NCBI GenBank assembly: GCA_011388275.1
Contig: DSAB01000082.1
Location: 1-21,640 of the forward strand
Origin: a bacterium
GTDB lineage: Bacteria > Zhuqueibacterota > QNDG01 > DSAB01
DNA length: 21,640 nucleotides
Reading direction: 5' to 3'
Every line of letters begins with the position of its first letter. Within the stretch, counting starts at the first letter, position 1. The notes under the pieces were generated by a model. The model worked only from the letters and a program-made list of their open reading frames with translations, had not been told where the DNA came from and ran no database searches. Made by a program: the position numbers and the translations under genes. This document shows, in pieces, positions 1 to 8,797 of this stretch.

Positions 1-42
1 ATTCAGTATTTTAAAGAATATCAATGGTCCAACATTCTTGCC

Positions 43-942
43 ATGATTCGGAACAATGGCCGGGATCCCCAAATTTGTACAGACTCTTTTAAAGACAAAT
101 GGGTCGTCATCACCGGCGCGACATCGGGCATCGGGCGTGTCACCGCACGGAAATACGCCTTTCTAGGCGCCAATCTCCTATGCGTCAATCGCAATCCGAA
201 GAAATCGGAGGCGCTGCGCCGTGAAATCGAGGGAGAATTCGGCGTCCAATATCGGGATATCATTGCTGATTTAAGCCTCCTGGGGGATATTCACCGGGCC
301 GCCGAAGAACTGTCGAATATCAGGACTCCCATCGATGTGCTGATCCACAATGCCGGTGTGTATCTGACCAAAAGAGAACTCACTCCGGACGGCATCGAAA
401 AACTCTTCGCCGTTCATTATCTCTCGTCGTTCATCATCAATTACAAGCTGATGGACAAGCTGAAGTCTCAGAAAAGGGGCAGAATTATCCTGGTGAATTC
501 CGAGGGTCATCGCTTTGCCGCCTGGGGACTGCATCTGGATGACCTGAACTGGAAAAAACACCGATATTCCGGATTAAAAAGCTACGGGTCCGCCAAGACC
601 GCCCAGCTTCTGTCCATGATTGTTTTCGATGAAAAGTTCATCGGGTCGGGTGTCACCATCAACGCCATGCATCCGGGCGCGGTGAAAACGGATACCGGCC
701 GGGAAAACGGGCCGGTTTACCGTTGGATTAAAAGAAATGTTTATGATAAAATTTTACAGTCGCCGGAAGGTTCGGCCGAAGCCTTATACTATCTTGGCGT
801 ATCAAAAGATGTGGAAAGTCTCAGCGGAAAATTTTTCAATCTGACAACCAAGGAAGAGCCCGCGCCGCCGGCCCGGGACCGGGAAGTGGCGATTGAAGTG
901 TGGCAAAAGAGCTTGGAATTGGGCGGATTGCAAGAGATCTGA
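43..942 (+). CDS. Short-chain dehydrogenase/reductase (SDR) family NAD(P)-dependent oxidoreductase. No in-frame stop lies between window position 1 and the ATG at 43, so the true start may be upstream of the window.
   Basis: N-terminal Rossmann motif VVITGATSGIGRVTA (TGxxxGIG), NAG motif LIHNAGV and catalytic Y-x3-K in YGSAKTAQ. 299 aa is typical for SDRs. Codon usage is consistent with neighbours. Confidence 0.85.
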   Translation: MIRNNGRDPQICTDSFKDKWVVITGATSGIGRVTARKYAFLGANLLCVNRNPKKSEALRREIEGEFGVQYRDIIADLSLLGDIHRAAEELSNIRTPIDVLIHNAGVYLTKRELTPDGIEKLFAVHYLSSFIINYKLMDKLKSQKRGRIILVNSEGHRFAAWGLHLDDLNWKKHRYSGLKSYGSAKTAQLLSMIVFDEKFIGSGVTINAMHPGAVKTDTGRENGPVYRWIKRNVYDKILQSPEGSAEALYYLGVSKDVESLSGKFFNLTTKEEPAPPARDREVAIEVWQKSLELGGLQEI

Positions 943-1023
943 ATGGGTTGACTATTTTTTATCACCCGGGATACGGCAAGGGGTAAAAACAGACAAGGAA
1001 ACAGCGGATTCGGGTAAAAGAAT

Positions 1024-2628
1024 ATGACTGAATATAAATACGACACCATCATAGTCGGGGGAGGCATCGCGGGGCTGACAGCGGCGGCCTATCTGTCCCG
1101 TGAAGGCCAAAAAGTCCTGCTGATTGAAAAAAACAGGGAATGCGGCGGGCTGGTGAATTCCTTCACCCGGGATGGATTTCATTTTGACGCCGGAGTACGG
1201 GCCCTGGAAGACGCGGGTATTATTTCCCCGATGTTGAAAGACCTGGGAATCCATCTGGAAGTCGTGAAGAGTCCGGTCTCTCTGGGCATCGAAAATGAGA
1301 TGCTGCACATTGAAGGTTTGGAGAGTCTGGAGCAATACAGGGACCTTCTGGCGAGATTATACTCGGGAAGCGGGGAGGAGATCGATGCAGTCTTAAGAAT
1401 AATACGGAAAATCATGAAGCACATGGATGTGCTCTACGGGATCGAGAATCCGGTGTTTAAAGATCTGAAGGGTGACACGGACTTCATCTTTAAGAAACTG
1501 CTGCCCTGGCTGCCGAAATTTATCTTTACCGTGGGAAAGATCAATCGCATGAACATGCCCGTTGAGGATTACCTGGAAACCCTGGTGAAAAATCCTTCCC
1601 TTAAGGATATCATATCCCAGCATTTCTTTAAAAAGACACCGGCCTTTTTCGCGTTGAGCTATTTCTCGCTTTATCTGGACTATTTTTATCCCAAAGGCGG
1701 CGTTGGGAAACTGGCCGATATCGTAAGAGACAAAATCACCGAATGGGGGGGAGAAATTCGGACAGAGACAATGATCGTTGAAGTACTGGCTGAGCCCCGT
1801 GAGGTTAAAGATCAGAATCATGAGACCTATGCGTATGATCATCTGATCTGGGCGGCTGACTTGAAGACTTTGTATGCCCTGACAAAAACAGACGGCCTGC
1901 TACCGAAGATCCGGAAAAAATTTACGGAGACCAAAACGAATATGATGAAAAGCCGGGGCGGCGACTCGGTCTTTACCCTGTTCGTCGAAGCGGATGAGCC
2001 TCTGGAGAGTTTTCGTAAAATCGCCCACGGCCATTTTTTCTATACGCCATCCAGAAAAGGACTGGGGGAAACGCACTGGATGAAACTGAGCGATCTGCTT
2101 CGCAATTTTGACAGGGTGAAAAAAGAAGAAATCTTCGCCTGGCTGGACAAATTCACCCAATTGAATACCTACGAAATCTCCATCCCCGGACTCAAGGATC
2201 CGGATCTGGCTCCTCCGGGGAAAACCGGTCTGATTATCAGCCTCCTCGCGGAGTATGATTTGTTCAAAAAAGCTCAGGAAGCGGGATGGGTTGATGAATT
2301 GACCCAGGCCCTTGAAGAACGCATGCTGAATGTCCTGTCCCGGTCCATATATCCCATGCTGAAGAACAAGACCATTAAACATTTTGCTTTTACACCTCTG
2401 AGCATAGAAAACCGGATTGCCAGTTCCGAAGGCGCCATCACAGGATGGTCCTTTGAAAAGCCTGTTCCGGTGGTCAATAAAATCCAGTTCTCCGACCGGT
2501 CGGTTTTGACGCCCATTCCTTCCATTTACCAGGCAGGACAATGGGCTTACAGTCCCGCGGGTGTTCCCATGTCGATTCTCACGGGGAAACTGGCCGCTGA
2601 TAAGATTCTCAAGAAAAAAAGAAAATGA
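1024..2628 (+). CDS. FAD-dependent oxidoreductase of the phytoene desaturase/amine oxidase superfamily (CrtI-like or retinol-saturase-like)
   Basis: Dinucleotide-binding motif DTIIVGGGIAGLTAAAYLSREGQKVLLIEKNRECGG at the N-terminus. 534 aa is typical of CrtI-family proteins. Transcribed in the same direction as the upstream SDR, 81 bp downstream. Confidence 0.8.
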   Translation: MTEYKYDTIIVGGGIAGLTAAAYLSREGQKVLLIEKNRECGGLVNSFTRDGFHFDAGVRALEDAGIISPMLKDLGIHLEVVKSPVSLGIENEMLHIEGLESLEQYRDLLARLYSGSGEEIDAVLRIIRKIMKHMDVLYGIENPVFKDLKGDTDFIFKKLLPWLPKFIFTVGKINRMNMPVEDYLETLVKNPSLKDIISQHFFKKTPAFFALSYFSLYLDYFYPKGGVGKLADIVRDKITEWGGEIRTETMIVEVLAEPREVKDQNHETYAYDHLIWAADLKTLYALTKTDGLLPKIRKKFTETKTNMMKSRGGDSVFTLFVEADEPLESFRKIAHGHFFYTPSRKGLGETHWMKLSDLLRNFDRVKKEEIFAWLDKFTQLNTYEISIPGLKDPDLAPPGKTGLIISLLAEYDLFKKAQEAGWVDELTQALEERMLNVLSRSIYPMLKNKTIKHFAFTPLSIENRIASSEGAITGWSFEKPVPVVNKIQFSDRSVLTPIPSIYQAGQWAYSPAGVPMSILTGKLAADKILKKKRK

Positions 2629-2762
2629 ATTCGTCTTGATATGAATTGTCGACTCTCAGGAAATGGAGTCAGGCGGATCATTTCACGTTCTCGCGGTGTT
2701 TCTATTTTCGAATAATCCGCCTGTTATTGTTCCTGTACCAATACTAAAAGGCTGCCTGCAGT

Positions 2763-3686
2763 ATGTCCAGCGTGAGGAGTTATTTCTTCAGGGCCCTGTC
2801 AAAGGCCGTTTCCCTGCGAATGAATGCCTTGGGCTCCGTTTCCAGGCTGCGAAGATTTTCCGAGAGGATTTCCCGTCCTCTGAGGCTACCCCGGAGAACC
2901 GTGACGCATCTTCTGACAATCAGGGGGGTGTCTGCCGAATGGATTCTTCCCGGTTCTGTATCCTCTCAACCGGTCATTCTGTATCTGCATGGAGGAGGAT
3001 GGGTCCTGGGATGGTATCAGAGTCATCGTGTCCTGTCGGCCCATATCGGGAAGGCATCCCAAAGCCGTGTTTTGGCGGTGAATTACCGGCTGGCTCCCGA
3101 GAATCCTTTTCCGGCGGCTCTGGAAGACTGCCTGGCGGCCTATCACTGGATTGTGAATGAGAACGTGGCGCCGGATCGAATCGTTATCGCCGGGGATTCG
3201 GCCGGGGGGAATCTGACGCTGGCCATGCTCATGGTCCTGCGTGACGCGGGTGATCCCCTGCCGGCCGCCGCCGTATGTATCTCCCCCATGACGGATCTGG
3301 CTTGCACGGGCGAGACATTCCATGCAAACCGGGATGCGCTTCTGACGGCCGAATTTGCCGCGTCCATGGCGCGTTATTATAGAGGTGAACGGGATCCGTG
3401 CCTGCCGCTGATCTCACCCCATTACGGTGATATGAGAGGCCTTCCACCCTTGCTGATCCAGGCGGGCGAATATGAAATTCTGCTGAGTGACGCGCAGCGG
3501 ATCGCGGATAAGGCCCGCAGCGCCGGTGTGCATGTGACTCTGACCGTCTGGCCGAAAATGTGGCATGTGTGGCATGTCAACACCCCCTGGCTTCCCGAGG
3601 CCAAACAGGCGGTGGATACCATCGGCTCGTTTATTCGAAAGCATACCGAGAGGGCCGGGAGAAGAAATGATGGGGATGCGGTTTGA
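2763..3686 (+). CDS. Alpha/beta-hydrolase fold esterase/lipase, family IV (hormone-sensitive-lipase-like)
   Basis: HGGG oxyanion-hole motif (LYLHGGGWVLG), nucleophile elbow GDSAGG, a C-terminal His (MWHVWH) and about 75 aa of N-terminal cap. The start is uncertain: ATG 2763 has a weak SD and ATG 2820 is an alternative. Confidence 0.8.
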   Translation: MSSVRSYFFRALSKAVSLRMNALGSVSRLRRFSERISRPLRLPRRTVTHLLTIRGVSAEWILPGSVSSQPVILYLHGGGWVLGWYQSHRVLSAHIGKASQSRVLAVNYRLAPENPFPAALEDCLAAYHWIVNENVAPDRIVIAGDSAGGNLTLAMLMVLRDAGDPLPAAAVCISPMTDLACTGETFHANRDALLTAEFAASMARYYRGERDPCLPLISPHYGDMRGLPPLLIQAGEYEILLSDAQRIADKARSAGVHVTLTVWPKMWHVWHVNTPWLPEAKQAVDTIGSFIRKHTERAGRRNDGDAV

Positions 3687-3891
3687 ATCAACGGGACTCA
3701 CGGAGTTTGCCCAGGCCATGCCGGAGCCGTACAGGGTGCCCGGAGATCCGGTGCAGGCCTATCGCAACTTTTATGTCGGCGAGAAACTGCGTTTCGCCCG
3801 ATGGACGAGAAGAAGACCGGCATGGATAGAGAAAATCCTGCGGGAACAATCGGCCTCAGGAGAGGGCGATGGCGTTCCGTCCGGGCCGTAA
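3667..3891 (+). CDS. Hypothetical small protein (74 aa). Its start overlaps the last codons of the esterase gene.
   Basis: ATG ATG at 3667 is preceded by GGGAGAAG (SD-like). The ORF ends 23 nt before the next gene's RBS and GC3 looks coding-like. I recognise no motif, so it could be spurious. Confidence 0.3.
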   Translation: MMGMRFESTGLTEFAQAMPEPYRVPGDPVQAYRNFYVGEKLRFARWTRRRPAWIEKILREQSASGEGDGVPSGP

Positions 3892-3914
3892 CCTGGAAAA
3901 GGAGGAATTAGAAA

Positions 3915-4634
3915 ATGTCAGAAAACAATAAATACCATTCGATCATCCTGGGCGTGTGCCTTGTAATCGGCCTGGCATTGCTCGGTTCTCTGATCGGTAA
4001 TGCGCTGATCAGGTTCAAACAGTTTGAACGTACTGTTACCGTAAAAGGATTGTCCGAGAGAGAGTATGAAGCCGATATCGTTATCTGGCCGATTCAGTTC
4101 ACTGTGGCAGGCAACGATCTGGGGGAGATGTATCATTCCATTGATAAAAGCTCGGAAAGAATTCGAACATTTCTTGAAAAGGCCGGTATCGACAGGGAGG
4201 AGATCACGGTTTCGACTCCGGCGGTTTTCGACCGATCCGCTCAGCAATACGGAAGTGATTCAAGTCCCGGATTTCGCTTTGTTGCCTCGCAGACGGTTAC
4301 GGTGTATTCGGGCCATATCGCAACCGTAAGAAAGGTGATGAGCGAATTGTCTGAGCTGGGGAAGCAGGGTATTGTATTGACCGGCGAAAATTATGAATCG
4401 CAGACAGAATATATCTTTACACGACTCAACGAAGTGAAGCCGGAGATGATTGAGGAGGCCACGAGACAGGCCCGTGAAGTCGCAGAAAAATTTGCATCCG
4501 ATTCAAAGAGTCGGTTGGGAAAAATAAAATCGGCATCACAAGGTCAGTTCAGTATCAGCTCAAGAGACAAGAACAATCCTCACATTAAAAATATTCGCGT
4601 TGTGTCAACGATTTCATATTATTTGTCGGACTAA
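3915..4634 (+). CDS. SIMPL domain (DUF541) protein, of the periplasmic/immunogenic 26 kDa protein family
   Basis: Strong SD GGAAAAGGAGG 8 nt before the ATG. N-terminal TM/signal anchor HSIILGVCLVIGLALLGSLIG followed by a family-typical layout (TVKGLSERE...ADIVIWPIQFTV...FLEKAGIDREEI...). 239 aa. Confidence 0.75.
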   Translation: MSENNKYHSIILGVCLVIGLALLGSLIGNALIRFKQFERTVTVKGLSEREYEADIVIWPIQFTVAGNDLGEMYHSIDKSSERIRTFLEKAGIDREEITVSTPAVFDRSAQQYGSDSSPGFRFVASQTVTVYSGHIATVRKVMSELSELGKQGIVLTGENYESQTEYIFTRLNEVKPEMIEEATRQAREVAEKFASDSKSRLGKIKSASQGQFSISSRDKNNPHIKNIRVVSTISYYLSD

Positions 4635-4751
4635 GGGGTTGTGGCCCTCACAGCGGCATTTAAGCCAGCTGTCAGCGGGATGATTCGCCGCCGAACGACT
4701 CGGCCCGGTGGTATTTTGGGCTGACAGCCACGGATTTATGAATCGATCGGT

Positions 4752-5699
4752 TTATTCGATTGACATCAGATATCCCATCATGGCATTGATACTGCCTATG
4801 GCCAGGGCAATGCTCGTATCCGCGGCACCGTAATACAGATTCAGAGTATCGCCATCCGGGGCGATGGTATAACCGCACGGAAAAACCACATGGTCTACAT
4901 CGCCGCGTCGCTCGTAAGGTTCTTGAGGTCCGAAAATCCACTCGTCACTGCGTTTGATACAAATCTCCGGTCTGTTTAAATCAAACAGGGCCAGACCGAG
5001 CCGGTAGATAGAACCTGCTGCGTTTTGCCGCACACCGTGGTAGATGACCAGCCAGCCTTTTTCGGTTTTAATCGGAGGAGGAGAGAGCCCGATCTTATTC
5101 GCGTCCCACCAAGACCCGCGCCTGGCTTTCAACATGAGCCTGTGATCCCCCCAATGATGCAAATTGGACGAATAAGATATCCATATGTGAGCTCCGCTGT
5201 GATGGGAACTAACCGGACGATGGATCAGGGCCCAATTTCCATTGATCTTTTCAGGCAGAAGAACCGCGTCCTTATCTTCCGGCTGCAGGATCAGGCCATA
5301 CCGTTCGAAATTGTAAAAATCCTCAGTAAGCGCCAGGGATACACCCGGGCCTTCACGCGTGAAGGAGGTGTAAACAACAGCGTACTTGTTGAACGTTTCA
5401 AGAAAAGTAATACGCGGATCTTCAATACCCCATATTTCTTCCGGGTATTGCTTCGGATCAGGCATCAGCGTCGGCTCGGTATCGATCTTCCAGCCGTTGA
5501 TTCCATTATCGGAACGGGCTGCACATAAGTGAGAATGTCCGCGTCTGTCCTCGACACGGCACAAGAGCAGTGTCACGCCGTCGGGCAGCAATACTGCGGC
5601 GGGATTGAACACACTGTTGACCGGGTACGGCCACTGGGCGGCGGTCAGAATGGGGTTGTTTTCATGTCTTCGAAAGAGCTCGGAATGTGGATTCGTCAT
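4752..5699 (-). CDS. Glycoside hydrolase family 130 protein (beta-mannoside phosphorylase / glycosidase-related)
   Basis: N-terminus FRRHENNPILTAAQWPYP...VFNPAAVLLPDGVTLLLCRVED...GIEDPRITF is the characteristic GH130 five-bladed beta-propeller start. 315 aa. Its start overlaps the upstream gene's stop in ATGA (translational coupling). Confidence 0.8.
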   Translation of the reverse strand: MTNPHSELFRRHENNPILTAAQWPYPVNSVFNPAAVLLPDGVTLLLCRVEDRRGHSHLCAARSDNGINGWKIDTEPTLMPDPKQYPEEIWGIEDPRITFLETFNKYAVVYTSFTREGPGVSLALTEDFYNFERYGLILQPEDKDAVLLPEKINGNWALIHRPVSSHHSGAHIWISYSSNLHHWGDHRLMLKARRGSWWDANKIGLSPPPIKTEKGWLVIYHGVRQNAAGSIYRLGLALFDLNRPEICIKRSDEWIFGPQEPYERRGDVDHVVFPCGYTIAPDGDTLNLYYGAADTSIALAIGSINAMMGYLMSIE

Positions 5700-7978
5700 G
5701 TGCTTGGGGTCTCCTGTTTGATGAAATTATTGCTGGCCAACCGTAGTTCCAGCAGGGCCTGAAGAAAGGCCAGAGTCGATTCCGCGCCCTGGTTTCCGTT
5801 CGCACTATCGGGATGCAAACCATCCCGGCAGCCTCCTGTCACCGGATCGTAGAGAGGAAGGTTCAGGTCATTGCGTCCGAGGAACCACTCAAAGGCGCGG
5901 CGGGCTTCATCACGCCAATGTTTATCGGCAGTTATCCTGTAGGCCTCCAGACAACATGAGACCATTGTCTGTGCTTCGACCGGCTGTTGATCGAAACGGG
6001 CTTGTTCTCCACCTTTCATATAAAACCCATTGGATCCAACGGGAACAAAATGTCCCTGGTCCGCGTGTTGCAGGGCGGCCAGCCACTGAAGTGAATCCAA
6101 TCCGGCTTCAGTCATTGTCGTATCCGATAATGTTTTACCGCACAAGAGCAGGGCGTGGGGCAGTACGGCGTTACAGTACGTCAACCGGTCTTCATACCAG
6201 CGCCACTTATCCGTTCGATGGTTTTGATACAATGTCAGCAGCCGCCCGGATAATTCTTCGCAGACCTGGTAAGCCCGGCGGTCACCGGCAAATCGTTGCA
6301 AATATTCCTGAATACCCATGATTGCGAAAGCCCAGGCACGGGGGCTGGAGGTGTTGAGAATGGCGGGTAAGGCTTGCTCGAATACCCAGCCTGCCATACT
6401 GTGCAAAGCACTTGTGTTCGATTTGCCCAACACCGTGCCCAAAGCCCACAATGTACGGCCGTGGCTGTCGTCGGAACCGGTTTCTTCAATCCATCGGTGC
6501 TGGTAATCCATAAAGTTGCGGAACCGCCCGTTTTCTGTGTTAAAGGCATACCAGATGAAAGCCAGATAGCGCGTACCCAGATGTATCGCCGCTTCGTTAT
6601 CCAGGACTTCCAGGTATGTGCTGACAATAAGTGCGCGGGCGTTGTCATCAATCGTATACCCTTCACGATAGTTGGGGATGGTGAAAATGGCATGCTGCAT
6701 AATGCCGGTTCCATCCGTCATATGATGCAGATGGTCCAGTTTAAGAGGCGGCAACTCACCTGGACGTTTATCCAGTGGTTTGACCGCAAAGCCCGAATGG
6801 GCAAAATGCCGACGCTCCCTGCGTGTGCGTTCAAAACTTTCCATATAGCGGTTCGCTACCTGGGGCCAGATCATCTTCCGGGTAAACACATAGGCTTTCT
6901 TGCGCATGGCGTGACGCCGGGATTCACTGTCCAGAAGGCCGATCACCTGATCAGCCAGGGCGGCCGGGTCCCGGAACGGCACGAGCTTTCCCCGTCCGTC
7001 GGCAAGCATTTCTTCAGCATACCAGTAGGGTGTTGAAACCACCGCTTTACCGGCACCCAGTGTATAGGCGAGAGTCCCGGAGGTGATTTGTGCCTCATTG
7101 AGATAGGGTGTGATGTAAATATCCGCAGTACTGATAAATTCAATCAGCTCTTCCGTGCTGACAAATCGATTGTAGAAGATGACCTGACCTTCCACACCCT
7201 GGTCCCTGGCAAGCCGTTCCAGTGACAGCCGGTATGTTTCACCCTCATTCTGTAACACATGAGGGTGTGTGGCCCCCAGGACCATATATACAACATTCGG
7301 ATGCCGGGTCAGAATGGCGGGAAGCGCAGAGATGACATTTTCAATGCCTTTGCTTGCCGAAAGCAAGCCAAAGCTGAGAAGAACGATTTTCCCCTCGACT
7401 CCAAACAAATCTTTATGATAACTGGAGTCGACAAAGGGAACATCCGGGATGCCGTGATGAATAAAATCGATTTTCTCCGAAGGCACGCCGTAGATATCCC
7501 GCAGAAATTCTGCGCCCCGTTGACTCATGACAACGAGCCGGTCAGACAGTTCGGCGATTTTTTGCAGAACGCATTTTTGATCGCGATCGGGCTCACGCAG
7601 AATGGTATGCAGCGTTGTGACGATGGGTACACGCAAATTATGAAGGAGCTCCAGGATGTGACTGCCCGCGGTTCCCCCAAAGATACCGTACTCATGCTGC
7701 AGGGATACGAGATTCACATTGTTGATGTTCAGGAAGTCAGCCGCACGGCGATAGGAATGGATGTCTTTCTCCTGAAGTTCAAAACGGACACGCGCCGGAT
7801 AGGCATAACCGGCCTTGGTATCATTGACCGGCAGGGCAATGCAGGTGGTTTGACGATATCGGGTGGCGATGGACTCACACAGATCAGTGGTGAACGTGGC
7901 GATGCCGCATTGCCGCGGCAGGTAATTACCGATGAACGCGATACGATCGAGCATGGAACGATTTGAATTTTGGTTCAT
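5696..7978 (-). CDS. Two-domain protein: an N-terminal GT4 glycosyltransferase (about 410 aa) fused to a C-terminal (alpha/alpha)6-barrel glycoside-hydrolase-like domain (about 350 aa). The ORF runs to 7984 with a TTG. I prefer ATG 7978, which sits 9 nt after AAGGGG.
   Basis: GT4 C-terminal signature YLNEAQITSGTLAYTLGAGKAVVSTPYWYAEEML (E-x7-E-like / G-rich donor-binding) and N-terminal RIAFIGNYLPRQCGIATF. The C-terminal half (DNARALIV, GRTLWALG, QGAESTLAFLQALLEL) resembles GDE_C/GH63/GH100-type toroid hydrolases. The exact family is not resolved. Confidence 0.7.
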   Translation of the reverse strand: MNQNSNRSMLDRIAFIGNYLPRQCGIATFTTDLCESIATRYRQTTCIALPVNDTKAGYAYPARVRFELQEKDIHSYRRAADFLNINNVNLVSLQHEYGIFGGTAGSHILELLHNLRVPIVTTLHTILREPDRDQKCVLQKIAELSDRLVVMSQRGAEFLRDIYGVPSEKIDFIHHGIPDVPFVDSSYHKDLFGVEGKIVLLSFGLLSASKGIENVISALPAILTRHPNVVYMVLGATHPHVLQNEGETYRLSLERLARDQGVEGQVIFYNRFVSTEELIEFISTADIYITPYLNEAQITSGTLAYTLGAGKAVVSTPYWYAEEMLADGRGKLVPFRDPAALADQVIGLLDSESRRHAMRKKAYVFTRKMIWPQVANRYMESFERTRRERRHFAHSGFAVKPLDKRPGELPPLKLDHLHHMTDGTGIMQHAIFTIPNYREGYTIDDNARALIVSTYLEVLDNEAAIHLGTRYLAFIWYAFNTENGRFRNFMDYQHRWIEETGSDDSHGRTLWALGTVLGKSNTSALHSMAGWVFEQALPAILNTSSPRAWAFAIMGIQEYLQRFAGDRRAYQVCEELSGRLLTLYQNHRTDKWRWYEDRLTYCNAVLPHALLLCGKTLSDTTMTEAGLDSLQWLAALQHADQGHFVPVGSNGFYMKGGEQARFDQQPVEAQTMVSCCLEAYRITADKHWRDEARRAFEWFLGRNDLNLPLYDPVTGGCRDGLHPDSANGNQGAESTLAFLQALLELRLASNNFIKQETPST

Positions 7979-8016
7979 ATACAAAAACCCCTTGTTTGAA
8001 GACCGGTTTCTGTCTT

Positions 8017-8250
8017 CTATTTTTCTTTCATCGTAATGATATCCTGCGGGGGAACGTCCATGGCAACGGTTCTCAAACTCACCTTCACCATGCGGTCGAT
8101 GAAAGGGATGAGTAAAATCAATCCGGGTCCTTTAAACCCGATCATTCGGCCCAGACGGAAGATTACACTCCTCTCATATTCTTTCAGAATACGGATTGCA
8201 CTCGCTATAATTAACAGGATGATTATAATAACAGGAATTAGCCATGTCAT
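8017..8250 (-). pseudogene. Truncated stomatin/SPFH (band-7) family gene. Only the first 74 codons are present.
   Basis: The N-terminal TM helix [16 protein letters not shown] followed by [53 protein letters not shown] is the canonical start of the SPFH domain. An in-frame stop follows after KEK. Full-length stomatins are at least 250 aa. SD AAGGAG and the ATG are intact. Confidence 0.7.
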
Positions 8251-8394
8251 GACAGGCTCCTTGGTTACAGGTGAATGTTTGCAGATTCACACACAGCAAG
8301 ATGCCGCATGCGTCTCAAGTGCAATCCTTGCACAAATACATTCGAAGGACCGGTAAGATCCTGATAAATCGTATGATTGGAAAATCCGGTTTCG

Positions 8395-8679
8395 CTAGTA
8401 ACGCCGGTCTCCGGCCCGGGTTTTTCCGAATCGTTCAGACCGTGCATGGGCCTCGTTGACCTTAAGGTTTTGTCCGATTATCTCCTTGCCGTTCAGACCA
8501 TCGATTGCGGACTGAGCTTCTTTTTTTGAAGGCATCTCTACGAAACCAAACCCGCGGGGTTCGCCGCTGTGTTTATCCTTAATCACATTGACAGTTCCAA
8601 CCTGCCCGAAAGCCTCAAAGGTTTTTTTCAGGATATCTTCGGTGACACTGCTTGCCAGATTGCCTACATAAATTTTCAT
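8395..8679 (-). CDS. RNA-binding protein with a single RRM (RNP-1/RNP-2) domain and a Gly/Arg tail
   Basis: RNP-2 IYVGNL and RNP-1 RGFGFVEM. 94 aa with a C-terminal RSERFGKTRAGDRRY tail. SD AAAAGGAG 6 nt before the ATG. Confidence 0.9.
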   Translation of the reverse strand: MKIYVGNLASSVTEDILKKTFEAFGQVGTVNVIKDKHSGEPRGFGFVEMPSKKEAQSAIDGLNGKEIIGQNLKVNEAHARSERFGKTRAGDRRY

Positions 8680-8693
8680 GATATGCTCCTTTT

Positions 8694-8797
8694 AAAATGA
8701 TCATTTGGGGGTAATTGCCCTGTTTCGTGATAAATAACTTTCGTTCGCAGTGAAGTATATGCATAAATTTTGAATGTTTTCGCAAAATGATCATCGG
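8694..8797. repeat. Two copies of AAAATGATCAT(TT), 90 bp apart, in the rbp promoter/5'-UTR region. The first copy (8695-8706) is a 12-bp perfect palindrome AAATGATCATTT.
   Basis: Direct reading: copies at 8694-8707 and 8784-8797. The first lies between the SD and the upstream leader of the RRM gene, the second about 100 nt upstream. Confidence 0.3.

Noticed and set aside
1900-2541. 213 aa minus-strand ORF inside the FAD oxidoreductase gene (and the similar ORFs 271-561, 952-1335 and 1393-1842)
   Set aside because: It is entirely antisense to a well-supported gene with clear motifs. It has no RBS and its composition is typical of a shadow ORF.
2663-3160. 165 aa ORF overlapping the esterase gene in a different frame
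   Set aside because: The esterase frame contains the HGGG and GDSAGG motifs, so this alternative frame is spurious.
4658-4731. 9-bp inverted repeat GCTGTCAGC/GCTGACAGC spanning 60 nt between the convergent SIMPL and GH130 genes, as a possible structured RNA
   Set aside because: The arms are far apart and the interior lacks a convincing conserved structure. Most likely it is just a loose convergent terminator region.
6374-7966. Plus-strand ORFs of 220 and 235 aa (6374-7036, 7259-7966) opposite the GT4-fusion gene
   Set aside because: These are shadow ORFs on the antisense strand of a long, GC-rich gene. They have no recognisable domains.
7978-7984. TTG start at 7984 for the GT4 fusion (ORF-track start)
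   Set aside because: An in-frame ATG two codons downstream (7978) has better spacing to the AAGGGG SD. The TTG start was kept only as the alternative boundary.
8036-8356. 106 aa plus-strand ORF overlapping the stomatin fragment
   Set aside because: The opposite strand encodes a recognisable SPFH N-terminus with a strong RBS, and this ORF has no SD.
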